Of a stretch of DNA of 64,000 nucleotides, positions 13,500 to 34,600 are shown piece by piece. Each line of letters opens with the position of its first letter. Position 1 is the stretch's first letter. The stretch is from contig OZ024741.1 of the NCBI GenBank assembly GCA_964016885.1, forward strand, positions 365,366,001 through 365,430,000, in the 5' to 3' direction. Below the pieces are notes generated by a model. It had not been told where the DNA came from. It did no database searches and saw only the letters and a list, made by a program, of their open reading frames with translations. Source of the stretch: Eledone cirrhosa. Its lineage: Eukaryota. A program made the translations under genes and the position numbers.

Positions 13500-15460
13500 A
13501 CACAGGAGACACAAAATGCAATACAAATTGTCAATTTAACCTCTAAAGAATTAACAATAGACCAAATCAACATACGCTCCAAAGGTCTAAAACTTACACC
13601 AACTCCCCAACAACCAAACTACCCCGAAATGAAGGAAGATATTGCAGAATTCTGTAGAAAACTAAGACTCAGCGAACAATTATACGACAAATACAATGAG
13701 GATGACTCAATAGCCTGAAATAGAAGCAACTACACCCCCACCAAAAGGCAAGAACAAATTCCTCGATCAATTCTGCGAACACATCACTAATTACCCATAC
13801 CACCACCTACACAGACATAAACAAGAACTAAGCCTAAGCAAAAATAAATGAAATGGTATTAACAGTCTAAAAAACGACAAAACCCTAACAATCAAAGAGG
13901 AAGATAAAGGGAGTGCAGTAGTCCTTATGGAGACAGATTATTACACGACTCTAGTACTCTCAACTCTAGAAAACTAAACATATTATGAAAAGGCCCAACA
14001 CTACACACAACAGAAAATAATGAGAAACCTAAAATCCCTAACAACCCTTTACAAAGAAGGCCTTACAGACAAGGAATACAACCACATCCCCAATTTCAAA
14101 AGCAGAACCAGCCTCTTCTATGGTATCCCAAATACACACAAAAGCGAAGTAATAGGTAGGACCTGCAAGCAGGTCACAGACGTTTACATCAATATAGCTC
14201 CTTCTCATCTTAAATTAAGACCCATAATAGCAGGCACTACATGTGAAACCCACCACCTAAGCAACTTCCTAGATATTCTGCTTAAACCTTTCCTTAAACA
14301 CATAAAAAGCTTCATAAGGGACGACCTTGACATGCTCAACCACCTCCCAACAACACTCAATAATGAACATGCCCTACTAGTAAACTTTGATGTCATCAAT
14401 TTATATTCCAATATCCCACACAACCTAGGTATAGAGGCAATACAATTCTGGCTTGAACCTTTCCCTAGTGAACTCCCACAGCGCATCCCTAAAGAATTTG
14501 TGTTGGAGGAACTCAAATTTATCTTGGAAAACAATTTCTTCGAATTCAATGCCAAATATTACAGACAGAAATCTGAGACTGCCATGGGCATGAAAGTAGC
14601 CCCCTCATACGCCAACCTTGTCATGGAATATTTGGAAACCACTCTTTACCGCAAAGTTCTAGACAAATACGGCAACCACTTCTACCAACACATAGAAAAG
14701 AACTGGAAGAGATATCTGGACGACTGCTTCATCCTCTGGCATGAAAGTATAGATAGACTGTTTGAGTTTAAAACCCTTCTGAATGGACTCAACACAAACT
14801 TACACAATGGATTACAGCCATGAACAACTCCCTTTCCTCAACATCCTCATCAAGAAAACAAGCAACAAAATAGAAACAGACATATACTACAAACCCACAG
14901 ACTCCAAACAATACCTCCCATTCAACTCGTGCCACCATAGACACACCAAAATGGCAATTCCTTATAACCTATCCAGAAGGATCTGCACAATAGTTTCAGA
15001 TAAATACCCATGCTACACACGACTAGAAGAATTAAAAAACGCACTTATCAGCAGAAAATACCCACCATCCCTAATCATCAATGGATTCCAACGTGCCCTA
15101 AAACTCGACATCCAGGAACTCAGACACCCCAAACCCAGGAATGAACCGAAACAAAAATCTCTACCATACATCTCCACACACAAGCCCCTCAACAATGAGG
15201 CATTCGACACCATCCTCCAGAACATTCCTTTACTAAAATGAGACCCAAGAATGAACAAAATCCTCCAAACACACAATATCATAAAGAGAAAAAGACAACC
15301 TAAATCCATAAAAAACATCCTCACACAAGCCAAAATCCAACAAACCCTCACAATGAACCCTACAGGAACAAAATGCGGAAGGCCCAACTGTGGCATATGC
15401 ATAAATCTAATAGAAGGTTGAACATTACATTTTAAACAAGGACAACATTTCACAGTTTAC
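13500..15460 (+). pseudogene. PLE reverse transcriptase, frameshifted
   Basis: EDKGSAVV, LRPIIAG, FDVINLYSNIP, AMGMKVAPSYANL, WKRYLDDCF, YYKPTDSKQYL..SCH. Confidence 0.9.
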
Positions 15461-16325
15461 ATTTCATGTAAACACAACTTTACATGACACCACCATTCTA
15501 CACTAATACATATTACTATCATTTAATAATGCATAAAAATGCTGAAACCGGTAATAGACAATTATTAAATATATAAATAGATAAATAAATGCCATTGTTA
15601 ATTAATAAATAAATCAACTAATACCTTAACACTTCACACAAAGTAAAACATTTCGTTTTAATCATTTTCTATCCCAGAAAAAAGAGAGAAATAAAACAGG
15701 AAACAAATATATTTTTCAACCTAATAATTGTCTCTTTCTTCCTGTTTTCATATATATATATATACACCCTAACTCGTGTGCTTCCTCTCCACATTTTATT
15801 ATTATTATTATACATATATATATATATACGGGATAACAAGTTATCGTTATAGGCAATCCACTTACAGGTAGTCCAGTTAGAATACTCCGTGTTGTGGATG
15901 GTATTAACGTATGGCTTAGTTTGACTCAACAAGACGCTTCCATAGTGTTGCAGCGAGTTCACGGTGATTTTTATATAGGTTATACTTGGAGTAATAATAT
16001 TTCAAGAGATAATAGTAACATGGTTTCCTGTACAATAAGGGCTTTATTCACAGTGCTGACAATTGTTTCTTTGATCTGGTAGGTCTAGAGTTCGCTAATC
16101 GCTAGATGTTGCGTCAATTGAACTCCAATACTTTGTTTATAACCACTTAATTCATCAGAGCGAGCGAATGTGAGGATAATATACAAGGCATGGCTTTTAT
16201 ATATATATATTCCTTTATTATAGCTAAGTCGTCAGTCTTGATACTCTGGAGTTTCTCCTGCACCCTCAATATTGAGTACACTTTTCTCATGTGCGTCAAC
16301 TGCATACGGATATATAAATATATAA

Positions 16326-16428
16326 TAAAGAAGGTGTGGTAAGATACCAATTGGACCAGACTACTCGATACTTAGGGTAGTAAAGTGGGTAATAGGAAAA
16401 GAGTCAGGACCCCACGGCCCTGAGTCTT
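16326..16428 (-). mobile_element. Short fold-back element (family of 18793-18984)
   Basis: Shares the CCTATTACCCACT..TATCGAGTA..TTACCACAC tail. Confidence 0.65.
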
Positions 16429-16513
16429 TATATATATATATATTATATATTATATATATATATATACTATATACATATATATTATATATTATATATATAT
16501 ATATATTATATAC

Positions 16514-16544
<31 letters not shown>

Positions 16545-16552
16545 ATATATCA

Positions 16553-16632
<80 letters not shown>

Positions 16633-17247
16633 TGATATATTTACTTGCTCAACATATGGTGGGGTTTATTTTTTGCAATCTGTCAGGATTATTGTAACAG
16701 CTTTCTCGCTATTCTGATTTCCTCCTAGCATTTGTAGTTTAGAAATTATATCAATGACAATGGCTTTAAATGCAGAATCGTTTGAAGAATATTGATAAAT
16801 CTCACACCGACAAAACATTAATATAGTTATATTTTTTTATTACCTGCTTCAAGAGTTATTTTAGAAATTAGCTATAATGGCCTTGTTTGAGTTGGTCACT
16901 CATCGTTTTCAATGCTTGGTCGCATATGATGTCTAATACTAATAAAGAGGTAACAGTCCCTGTAAAAAATGCGTTTATACCGCAGTTGCTGTGTTTGTCT
17001 AGATGACAATTTGTGCGGCGGAGAGGTACGTCACAGTAGATTCTACCAAAGTGCAAAACAATTTCATCCTTATTAGAGAAATGCGGTGCATCTCTATGCA
17101 CAGGCACCGATAAAACTTTATATTCGCATAACTAGCATTCATTTATAATTCGTATGCTCAATATTATAGCTGCTACATTCACTCTAACACGCACACACAA
17201 GCACATACACATACATACACGCGCGTGCACAATCATACACACAGATA

Positions 17248-17307
<60 letters not shown>

Positions 17308-17312
<5 letters not shown>

Positions 17313-17590
17313 ATACTTTGGGAGGGTCATGTTGCCAATAAGAAACACACGCACCAGTTGCTTTCGCTTCAATTTAATTTATTATATATTTATAAATTTA
17401 CAAATTTATAAATTTCTGGTTGGTTGGTTGGTTCCACAACCAGATAGTTGTTTATATATATATAGTCATAGTTCTTTCGTCACACACTCTGTGACCTCTT
17501 CAGTGACTGGGGATTTCTTTCTTCGTTTCTGTGCCTTACCTTTCTTCTATCCTACGCCATTTTGTTTCTTGCTAAACAAATTCAGAAACG
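17308..17590 (-). mobile_element. Solo pLTR related to the PLE at 46840-49122
   Basis: Starts TTGTTATACTTTGGGAGGGTCAT like 23459 and 46840; contains an HHR. Confidence 0.65.
17464..17508 (-). ncRNA. Type I hammerhead ribozyme
   Basis: agtca CTGAAGA ggtcacagagtgtgtgac GAAA gaac TA tgact; stems I and II perfect. Confidence 0.8.
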
Positions 17591-18446
<856 letters not shown>

Positions 18447-18792
18447 TATATATATAATTCTTATAAAAAGGAAGTATGTTTGTTTGTACGTTGACCTCTG
18501 ATAACAATAAATAAAATTCATAATAATTAAAGTGTTTCGTGTGTTTTCAACTAACCTGATATCCGGTATGCTCACCTTCAACGTTTTCTCCTGAAACAGA
18601 GTTGGGGGGAGGGGTACTGCTCTTTCTGCCACAGTGACACTATGGCAGATACTCTTGCTCGTTTATACATTCATATAATTTCTCTCAATCTATATCCCTC
18701 TCTATTTTTCTCTATCACATTTAACGTCTCTCTATCTCCGTACCTTTCTCTATCTATCTCTTCTTTCTATATACATATATATATATATATAT

Positions 18793-18984
18793 AGGAAAAT
18801 GTTCAAGACCCCGACGGCAGAGCTCAAGCCGTTTTGACGGCTATTTCCGGAAAGAGCCGTGCAAACGGCTTGAGCTCTGCCGTCGGGGTCTTGGACATTT
18901 TCCTATTACCCACTCTACTACCCTAAGTATTGAATACTCTGGTGCGTTAGGGTCCATCTGGTTCCTTACCACACTTCCTTCGTT
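18793..18984 (+). mobile_element. Short fold-back element in (TA)n
   Basis: Hairpin 18793-18904 centred on TTTCCGGAAA plus ~80-nt tail; relatives at 16326, 39172, 41995 and 42189. Confidence 0.85.
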
Positions 18985-19010
18985 ATATATATATATATAT
19001 ATATATATAT

Positions 19011-19167
19011 AAGTTTTAATATAGATGAGATTCTACAGGACTAGAACTGTTTCATTCTTTAGAAAGTTCTAGTCCTGTAGAATCTCATCTATATTAAAAC
19101 TTGTATACTCTGCTATGTATTGAGTACCTTACTTACTGTGGTTACCTCCGATTAAATCCGGAATAAC

Positions 19168-19168
<1 letters not shown>
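19011..19168 (+). mobile_element. Short fold-back element (same termini and tail as 5786-6191)
   Basis: AAGTTTTAATATAGATGAGATTC..GAATCTCATCTATATTAAAAC plus tail ending CCGGAATAACG. Confidence 0.85.
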
Positions 19169-19248
<80 letters not shown>

Positions 19249-20657
19249 AGTGTGTGTGTGTGTGAGTGTGTGTATATATATATATATATATGTGTAGTGA
19301 TGTGGTTAGTCAGTCTGGTCACTACTCCTGATCAGATCCGAGAATAGCCCTTAAAAGGACTGTTGTCTCATACGGTAAGGATGAACAGACGGAAGAAGAA
19401 GTTGAAAGGACGAGCAAGGCGAGAGATGTAGTTTCGGTCAGCTATTTATTTTCATACATGAAGCGACGATACAAATGTACAAGGCGTGTGTGAGTGACAA
19501 GTGTGGCAGAGGAGAGGAACAACGATACGCGAGTTGACTCTGCCAAAGGTCGACTGGGGAAAGTGTTTGGAATCACTCTATTTATACAAAAATAATCGTT
19601 TGATGTTTAGCCGCTGCATAGGCGTTTTATTTTGGTGGCTTTAAGGATTGTTTGTTTCACGATGAGGTAGCTAGCTAAGCAGATAGATGGAGCTGTTTAT
19701 TTCACAGATGTTATTTCCGGTGGCTGTAAATTATCCCCCTGCCAGATCTTTTGTACAACAAAAGAGCGAAATATCGTATAGTAATGAGGCAGTGGTGCAT
19801 TTGTCAAGGAGTGTCCAGCACGTTGTGAAGTTTGGTGATCATCGAATATATATATGACAGAGTCGATGTAGAGATGATATGGCAAGATGTGTGTGTCAGG
19901 AAGAGAAAAAAGAATTAAACTATAAAATGACTTTGACCAGAGTTATGCAGGCGTGATGAATGATGAGCCTGTTGCTATTTGGATTGAGCTGCCTGTAAAT
20001 TGCGTGACAAGAAGTCTAACAAGGCAGCGAAAATAAGCGTAATGTGTGAACTGAATGGCCGTAAGCATGTTGCCTGAAAGTAACAGTTTGCTCCAAAGCA
20101 TATGACTTGAGCGAATGCATGTGGTAAAAAATAGCGAGGCATTCTCGAGCTATTGAGTGAATGTGTACGTGAAAAAAAAGAAGGCCAGTGTTTTGAGGAT
20201 GCGATTTGTGAAATGCGTGATCAAAGAGAAAACGTTTTGTAGTGTAAGAGTTAGAGGGACAAAAATATCTATTGCTCAGTGTATGAACCAAAGGTGAAAC
20301 AAACGTGGTTGTATAGTGTGCATGGAAAATAGAATATGTACACGCCTTGTATGTATATAAAAATTATGGCAATTACACAATTAATATTGCAGAACAAGAA
20401 AAATGAAAATGTTTGCAAAACAAGGGAGAGAAGAAAAAAAAATGATATACACAGTGCTATACACAATATTTGTTCTTGAATAGTGTTTGTAATAGATAAT
20501 GTTCATAATAAATAATGTTCTTCGTGACATGAGCACATGGTCACTAACAATTGCAATTGTTCAAGCAGAAAGTTCATTGTATTTGAAACTGGAAATAGTA
20601 AACACAAGGAAAATGGAAATGTTTTGCAAGAAGAATGATTAAGAAACCCACTTGAGG

Positions 20658-24515
<3,858 letters not shown>

Positions 24516-24680
24516 TACTCACACACACACACGCAAACACACACATATATATATTATAAGTACAGATTACAGTTTAAGCAAAGAATCGCTGCTTTCACCC
24601 TTTTAATAAATATTTGCTCTACGGGCTTTTATATACACTTCATATTTACACTAGCAGTAGGACCCGGCGTTTCACGGGGT

Positions 24681-24799
24681 GAGAAATCTTTCACCGTGAG
24701 GTTTGTGGTGGTGTCAATAAGCCTCCGGTTCTTCATGTCCACCAGAAGGTTGAAGTGGTGGAGAAAATCGGCTCCTAAGATAGGGGTCGACAGTGGCTG
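24681..24799 (-). pseudogene. Gypsy aspartic protease C-terminal remnant
   Basis: Manual translation PILGADFLHHFNLLVDMKNRRLIDTTT. Confidence 0.8.
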
Positions 24800-24825
24800 T
24801 ATATATATTTATAAGTGTGTGTGAG

Positions 24826-24860
<35 letters not shown>

Positions 24861-25424
24861 GTATATATATTTATATATGTGCGCACGTGTTTGTGTGTAT
24901 GTGTGTGTGTGTATATGTGGTTATGGCATATTTACATTAACTTGTGGTATTATGTACAATCTATTGACCGGGTAATAAATAAATACCATTACAACAGCTT
25001 TCTCGCTATTTTGATTTCACAGTATTTTTCTCTGGTTTAGAAATTATACCAATGACACAAACGAGTGGATTTGTTTGAATGATATTGATAAATTTCACAC
25101 CTTCAAAACAGTAATATACCCATTTCGTTTACTATCTGCTTCAAGGTTTATCTTACGAATTAGCTCTTGTTTGTTGAAGAGTGCATTTAGTATTAGGAGC
25201 ATTTAACTGTGTTTTTATTCTGTTTTTTGTTTATATAACACTTCCTTCTGCATTTACAGCGTGTTATTATAGACAGCCTCAAAATTGTAAGTGTAAAGAA
25301 TATTAAGTATTTGGAAAGTAGAATATAGTGTACTTTAAATAAATATATATATATTCGTTTGTAAATGAAGATACACACATGCGTACACACACAGATAGAC
25401 ACATAGATACACACACGCGAGCGC

Positions 25425-25476
<52 letters not shown>

Positions 25477-25634
25477 GGCTCTGCTCCAAAGCATAGAGGT
25501 AATTATTATGCTGCCAATACCTTAATGGGACACGGGTATACAATACCTAACTCCTATTAACCTAAGTATTTCTACGGCTCCCCCCGGTTGAGCTAAATCC
25601 TTATAACCTGTCCACGTTGTGTGTATGATTATAA

Positions 25635-28216
25635 TTGATTGGCAGCATGCTAACTAAAGACTACCTACCTATATCACTCAAGAACATCCCAACCCCATCC
25701 AGGACTACTTATGAGAAATTACTGATAGCTAGTGTCAACTCCTTCATTAAGCGTATTAGATGGCGCACTTTCCACTTCGATACGAGAAATAAGAAATCAA
25801 CCACGGTGTCCCCCAATAATAAATTCGGTTTTAAAACCTATAGGAGCCCGCCCCATAATTCCATGCTAGATGGATTTGAGAATGACCTCCTATCACTAGT
25901 AAGGAATATTAAGTTTAAAAAACCCCATGGGAATAGTAACAAATTCCGGATGAAACTGGACACCTTAGTTAAGGGCTTTAACGATAAAAGAGATATCCTG
26001 GTCACCTCGGATAAAACCAGAAATATTTATAGCTTAAATTATGATACGTATCGCATGTTTATATACAATGAATTAAATAGAAACTATAAAAAGACAACAA
26101 GCGCAAACCTAGATGAAATTAATAAGGAAGCATGCGCCATAGTGTATAAACTAGGCCTGGAAAAGTATACCCAACCATATACCCCTAGGCAACCCAGGTT
26201 CACCCTTAAAGGCCATAAGGCTGACTTCATTAGTAAACCCTCGGTTAGATTAATTAGCCCATCGAAGTCAGATATAGTGATTATCAGTAAGAAAACTTTA
26301 GACGGCATTATACCTACCATCAGGAGGAAAATAAATCTAGAGCTATGGGAGAATACGGAAGAGGTTTTGAAATGGTTCTCAAGCCTTAACAACCATAAAT
26401 CCCTTAAATTTATACAATTCGACATCGATGCGTACTACACCTCAATCTCCCCCATACTCCTTAATAAGGCCCTAATCATGGCCATGCAGAAAACGACCTC
26501 ACTAGGTCTCAAATTGATGTCATTCTTGCGGCCCGGAAAACGATAATCACATTTGAGGACGAATTGTGGACCCGCAAGAATACGCCCAATAAACTTCGAC
26601 ATCACAATGGGATCTAGTTACTCTGCACAAGTAACGGACCTGGTAGGATTGTACCTCTTAAAGGAGTTACATGAGACATTACCGCACTTGAAGGGCGGCT
26701 TATATCGTAATGACGCCCTCCTCACTCTCGAGTATAAAAAGTGCAATATAGAAAGAACTAGGAAACAGTTACGTAGGTTCTTTAAAAGCTTTAATCTAAG
26801 TATTACCATAGATGCAAATGACAAAACAGTAAACTTCCTAGACGCCACCCTTGACCTAGAAACTAAAACATTTGCACCCTACCATAAACCTAATGATAGA
26901 CTAACATATGTAAACGCCAGCTCCAACCACCCCAAATCAGTCCTAAACGCTATTCCCAAGGGGGTCTCTAATAGAATTAGCAGACTGTCCTGTAATGAGA
27001 GTATCTTCAACTCCAATGCAGAGTATTATGACAAGGCCCTAGCAGAATCTGGTTACGGGAATAGATTATCATATATACATCAGGACTCCCAAACCATGAG
27101 TGGGAAACCTACCAACATAATCACACATAGTATGGCCACAAAGCCTAACCAACTTAGAGGCAAGAATAATAGTAAGAACCCTAATGGCGCTAACCCAGCT
27201 AAATGTAAACCACGTAGAGACAATACTAGAGTCCCTCACCACAACTCTACAACAACAAATGATCATGACATGAATATAAACCATCCGGGCTTAAGCAAAA
27301 CAGACAACGCCACTAACGTTAATAACGGAACCCTACAAAATAGTACGCACAGTAACGAGACTCACCCCACAGATAAGAAAAAATAGAAGAAGGAAAAACA
27401 TGTATTTTAACCCCCCTTTTAACTCTGAGGTCCTCACTAACCTCCCCAGAGTATTCTTCTCATTATTAAGAAAAACTTCCCACCAGGCAATAGATATCGC
27501 AACATAATTAACAAAAACGTGATTAAATTATCCTATTCGGCCACACCTAACCTCGCATCACACCTAGCACGCACGAACATTAGGAAAACTGAAGAAGGTT
27601 TCGAAGCAATTAAAATGGCAGTTAACCACCAGCAACCGACTACACTGGAAAAAGGGCAACATAATAGCATCACTGAGCCATCTAATGATATAGAGGCGCC
27701 TAGTGATAATGCTAGTAACGAAAGTTAGGGAGGTACGCTAACTGATCGAACCCGCAGTTGCAATTGTAGGCGGAGTAGTAATTGTCCCTAAAGGGGGATT
27801 GCCTCATGAAAAACATCGTATATGCATGTGACGTAACCACGCACAACTCTACCAAAACATATATAGGATCAACGTCCAATACATTTAAAACTAGATTTAA
27901 CGCGCATATGAACACATTTAGATACGATAGACATAAGAATGCCACCTCACTGGCGGGATACATCTCCTTTTTAAAAAATAATAGTACCCCATACAAACTT
28001 TTTTGGAGGAAGCTTACTAGATCCACGCCATACCGATCGCAGAGCGGGAGTTGTGACCTGTGTTTACTGGAATGCTATGCCATAATACACTCTAAACTGA
28101 ACCTGCTTAACAGGAAATCGGAAATTTTCTCCTCTTGCCAACACAAAATCCTGAGTTCCTTCTTCTATTTAAACCTAGCACATAGACGTAACATATATTA
28201 CGCAACCCCCACCTAG
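25635..28216 (+). pseudogene. Naiad-like PLE polyprotein (RT plus C-terminal GIY-YIG), frameshifted
   Basis: SLKNIPTP, SDKTRNIY, QFDIDAYY, MGSSYSAQVTDLVG, GLYRND, CNCRRSSNCP, IVY..YIGST, CDLCLLE. Confidence 0.9.
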
Positions 28217-28332
28217 ACATACCCCTCCTTGACTATAGCCCCCCCCCCCCCCCCCCAACCCATAACCCAGATAGATAGGTATCCTAGGGGTGGAACAGTC
28301 CCCTACAAGGTTGGTGTTTGTGCGTGTGTGTA

Positions 28333-28418
<86 letters not shown>

Positions 28419-30350
28419 CTCCTTTTTTCTCTCTCACACACACACACACAAACATATGTATATATATGTGCGTACGTGTGTGCATGTATGCATGTGTGCG
28501 TGTATTGTATACATGTATATTGTATATATATATATATATATGTATATTGTATGCAAGTGTATTATATTGTGTGTATGTGTATATGTGATATGTATGTGTA
28601 TATATATATATGTATGTGTATATGTGTATATGTGCGTGTATGATATGTATATATGTGTGTATGTATGTATATTTTTTCTGTAGAAGTCTTCTCTATATGT
28701 GGTGTTTGGCATGAATTCCTCCTATAATACACTTCTTTGAGAGGAGCACGATATATAGAGTAACACATATGTATTGTCGCAGTTGAAACTGAGAACCACC
28801 ACCCCTCCTGCTGACCCAAATGTTTACTGAGGACCAGAACACCATTCTCCACAATATAAGAGAGGAATGCGCTTGTCAGACTATTGATGACCATAACATC
28901 ACATTCCAAGGTAATGGCAAAACACAATGAATGCTAAACACGACCAGAACACCACAACATGCACATCGGAGCAACAGAGATATAATATCAATAAGCGAAT
29001 CAATTGAATTTTTTTAGTTGAAATACATATAAATATGTGTCTGTGTGTATCGGACACACGTACACATAAAGAAACTGCTGACCTAAATGTACCTGTCATG
29101 CCTGTCTGAATTCCTAAGAAAATTTTCGGTCAGTTACTATCTTGACCGATTACCCTCACAATTACTACGTAGCGGTTCTTGCACGTGACTGCTGGACCCG
29201 GATGAAACGAAGACGAAGAATTTCCTTGCGTACCGTTTTGTACCACAGATGCGATCTCACTCTGCCTCGTTAATGTTCAATCGACACCAAAGTTCTACGT
29301 TTGGAGCAATAGAATTGAATCCAACCACCGACAACATAGTTGGATGACCGATAATCACACCAAACCGGAGTACTGTGATCCTTGTGATTTCGAGATATAC
29401 AACCACTGACACTGTTACGAAGACCAGAAAACCATACTCCATAATATTGAACCAAGTGATTGATTTGTGCGACCAAAATAACACCACACACATATTGAAT
29501 TAGGAATATTGGATCCTCCGTCAATGTCTGGGTGAGCAAAAATAGACTTATATCTGCATTGGAATTTACGAACTTGTGCATCTGCTGTGTGTCAAAAACA
29601 AACGCACATGACCGAACAGATGAACAATGGACTATGCCACGTGGGTTGAACCTGCAAGTGAATTGAAGGATGTGTAACTTTGATATACAGATTATTTATT
29701 ATTAAGATGTATAAACTTGACATAACTATTATCATTTTATATTCTCTCAACTAATCACATTTGATTATATTTCTCTCTCCCGTTTTCTCCCCCCATATTT
29801 ATAATATTTTTATTTGAAAAAATCGGTTTTTTTACATTGTGTTTTTCCCTTTCTAATACTTGCTTATATTTCTTTATATAATCTCTATATATATTTTTTT
29901 AAATTTATATATATATATTTTTTATCTTTATTTTTATTTTCACTTTTATCCTCCTTTATATTTTACCTTATTCTTACTTTTATACCTTATTATAGTGTAA
30001 TCTTCCCCATGCTTTATTATACATTATTAATTATAGATTATTATTATTACTCTTTTTCCATTTCTAATTACCTCATGTACTTTCTCCTCCGTTATATATA
30101 TATTGTATGCCCTTTGTGTGTGTGTAGCTTCTGCACACCCTCTGCACCCTACTATCGACGCCAGCCCATCTATGGCTCAACTAACCTCTCGACTCCCGGG
30201 AATGAATATGACCACAGCTAGTAAACAAGGACCCCACCCCCCGCACCAAAATTAGACTTATCGTCCCCTGCTTTTGCTCTTTACTCTCTTTACTCTTTGT
30301 TCTTGAATGTTTGGTTGGTAGAGTCCATAACACCAAGCAAACCCCTTTTA

Positions 30351-30398
30351 TAGCTCTGACGAACCCTACGGTTACGTAAGGAAGAAACATTGTAAGCC
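30351..30398 (+). ncRNA. Type I hammerhead ribozyme (possibly the pLTR of the upstream Naiad-like PLE)
   Basis: gct CTGACGA accctacggttacgtaaggaa GAAAC att GTA agc. Confidence 0.7.
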
Positions 30399-30468
30399 AA
30401 TAAAAATCTTGTGATGTTGTAGACGCTCTTGTGTTCTTTATCATATATATATATATATATATATATAT

Positions 30469-31857
<1,389 letters not shown>

Positions 31858-31990
31858 TCACACACACACACGCAAACACACACATATATATATATATTAA
31901 AGTACAGATTACAGTTTATGCAAAGAATCGCTGCTTTCACCCTTTTAATAAATATTTGCTCTACGAGTTTTTATATACACTTCATATTTA

Positions 31991-33121
31991 CACTAGCAGT
32001 AGGACCCGGCGTTTCACGGGGTAAGAAACGTGAAATAGCAACACGCATATGCAAAGATTGAGGAATGTACCTGTGTACATTTTGAATTCCCTTATTCTCA
32101 GGGAATGATTGTTCATCTACTGGTAACGTAGCACACCAGCAGGCCGAATCCAATAATAGCGTCAGTGGGCTGATTTCGGAAATCCTGTATGCGAAAGGAG
32201 TAAGTAAGTGTTGTGAGGCGATGTATGTCGTAAGTCAGTCCACGAATTACGTCACGGATGGGGAACACACTTCAGTCTGAAGGAGCGGCGTAGTCGATTG
32301 TGTAAAAACCAAGTAGGGATGTACGTTTAAGTAGAGATATTGAGATGATGAAATCAGTATGACAACGCAGTTGCAGCCGAAGGGGGTCATAGTGCAATTA
32401 GAGCAAACACTGGGCGGCACTGGTTGCACTGCGTTTACACAGCAACAAATGTGCGACAAAAGGGGTCACCGCGGAATTAGCACAACCGCTGTTCGGCGTA
32501 CTTGCAAAGGGCGTTCATACTGCGCTGTATGTGCAACAAAATGGGTCTTAGTAGAAGTAGCACAGACGTGAATTTTACGGTGTCAATAACACGGCACCGT
32601 ACACATTTGCACGTGATGAAACCACGAAGCGACAACTGGGCGGCGACACAAATTTTAAGGTCCTCCTCATTTCCTCAATACCCTGAAAATGGTCCTGCTT
32701 AAAAGTAAGTGTTGTGTCCTCTGTTAAATAAACCAAATTTTGAACGAAATATTATACACTACTTACGATGTTTAAGTAGCGTTTATATTGAAAAATCAAT
32801 GCTAATTCGTAAATTTCCTAGAAACCATTAATAGAATCGGAATTTTTTTTGTCTACAGCAATGCGAGGGTCTAACTAATGTGTGCTGCAAATTTCGAGGA
32901 ACTCAGCTGGATTATATTTAAGTTACGCCTCAAAAAGGCCCCAAGATGCCTAAAAATGCGGTGTTTCGCCTAATGTGGGCCCTAGCGCTGAAAATGTTTA
33001 GCCCATTGCACTTCAAGAAATATAAGTAAGGCATGTGTAAAGTTTGAAAAAAATCGGTCGGGTACTTCTTGAGTGTTAGGGATTTACACAGACAGACATC
33101 CTCTGTTTTACATATATAGAT
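31991..33121 (+). mobile_element. Non-autonomous Helentron/Helitron-type (HINE-like) element
   Basis: 5' CACTAGCAGTAGGACCCGGCGTTTCACGGG; 3' ACAGACAGACAT..TTTTACATATATAGAT. Confidence 0.65.
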
Positions 33122-33194
33122 AATCCTTATCGAGCCCTCTTCGGATTTTAGACTTCACATTTATCATTACTATGTATATATATATACTATATAT

Positions 33195-33308
<114 letters not shown>

Positions 33309-33312
33309 ATAG

Positions 33313-33344
<32 letters not shown>

Positions 33345-33347
33345 TAT

Positions 33348-34600
33348 AAGCAAAGAGTTATTTTAATTTGCTGGTTATTCCACAAATTTATTTATAACAG
33401 ATAGATACGAAGCACTCTACAAGTTTCTTCTGGTGTATAATATCAATAATATTAATAAATGGAAACTATCTTTATAAAACCATATTTATTTTATTATATA
33501 TATATTTCAAGGGTACCAAGATTGTGGCACGCACTCATCAGATAAAATACAAAAGTTGTATTACAGATATTGACATATTCAAAAACAAGAACTTATCGTT
33601 TTAAGTTTTGTTTGAATAGTGAAAAATAAATTCAAATCTTAGGATGAATATGTTAATGAGGATAACGTAAAGTTGAAAAAGATCGTTATATTTAGACGCT
33701 AAGTAATTTAAAATAACTATTAGGATTATTTTTTAAGGGAAGAAGAGAAAGCGGTTATTATTAATATTAGGGTGTAAGAAAATTTAAGGAAAGAATATAA
33801 GTAAAAAGTATATTAGAGTTAGAAATAGACTATTATTATTAATATATAATTGTATGGATCGTATTTGTGGTAGTGTAAAGAGAGTGAAATAATTATATTT
33901 ATTTATTTAATTATATAATTATATATTTTGGGAATATCTATAATATAATATGAGAATTATAAATGTGTTGAAGTGGTAGAATATTTATTTAAAAAAGTGA
34001 GAGATACTACTAATTATTGGGGCTATTCTAATAGTGTATTTTAATATTATAGAGATAATATTTATAAGTATATTTTATGACGAATTAGGGTTGTAAGTAT
34101 ATTTTATTTTATTATATTACAACAGGTTATTTATGTAAATAATTTTGGTTGTTTTTATTAATAGATAGATACTTTAAATAATTTTTATATGTGAAGGGTT
34201 ACGATGAATTTCGTGTTTATATTTTCAATATACCTTTAAAGAAAGAGGAAGTAGTTCTATTTTATAATAGAAGATTATTTTGTATATTCAATAGTTGCAT
34301 CAAGATATTTATACATTTACGAAATTATACAAAAAAAAATGTTAATATTTATTTAAAGTTTAGTTGTTAGTTAGAAAAAATGTGTAAGCGTGTTACATTA
34401 TAAAGTAAAAGATAACTCCAATATTTCTTAGTTAAAATAGTTAAGTTATATTTACCGTTTATTCTAGAATTTACTTTAAAAAAATATTCTAATTAAGATA
34501 TATGTAAAAAAATTATATATTATTTTATATATGATTTTATAGTATCATATATTACATATTTTCTAAGATAAAAATTCCTTTTTATAAGTATTTAGATGTT
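33348..34600 (-). mobile_element. Highly decayed Naiad-like PLE 3' end with HHR (33488-33548)
   Basis: pLTR and tail homologous to 6550-6800; attttat CTGATGA..GAAA tatata..ataaaat; only faint coding similarity upstream. Confidence 0.6.

Larger units (their letters stand above)
11100..15810 (+). mobile_element. Penelope-like element, Neptune-like, with inverted 5' pLTR; GIY-YIG domain deleted
   Basis: 11100-11370 is the reverse complement of ~15480-15750; RT motifs in the ORFs; linker CGRPNCGIC. Confidence 0.9.

Noticed and set aside
16670-16830. vWA-like peptide (..KAVTIILTDC)
   Set aside because: Short frame, not preserved in the paralogous copy, no clear splice sites
28680-29700. Possible retroelement or exon remnant
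   Set aside because: No motif recognised in the frames I translated; multiple stops
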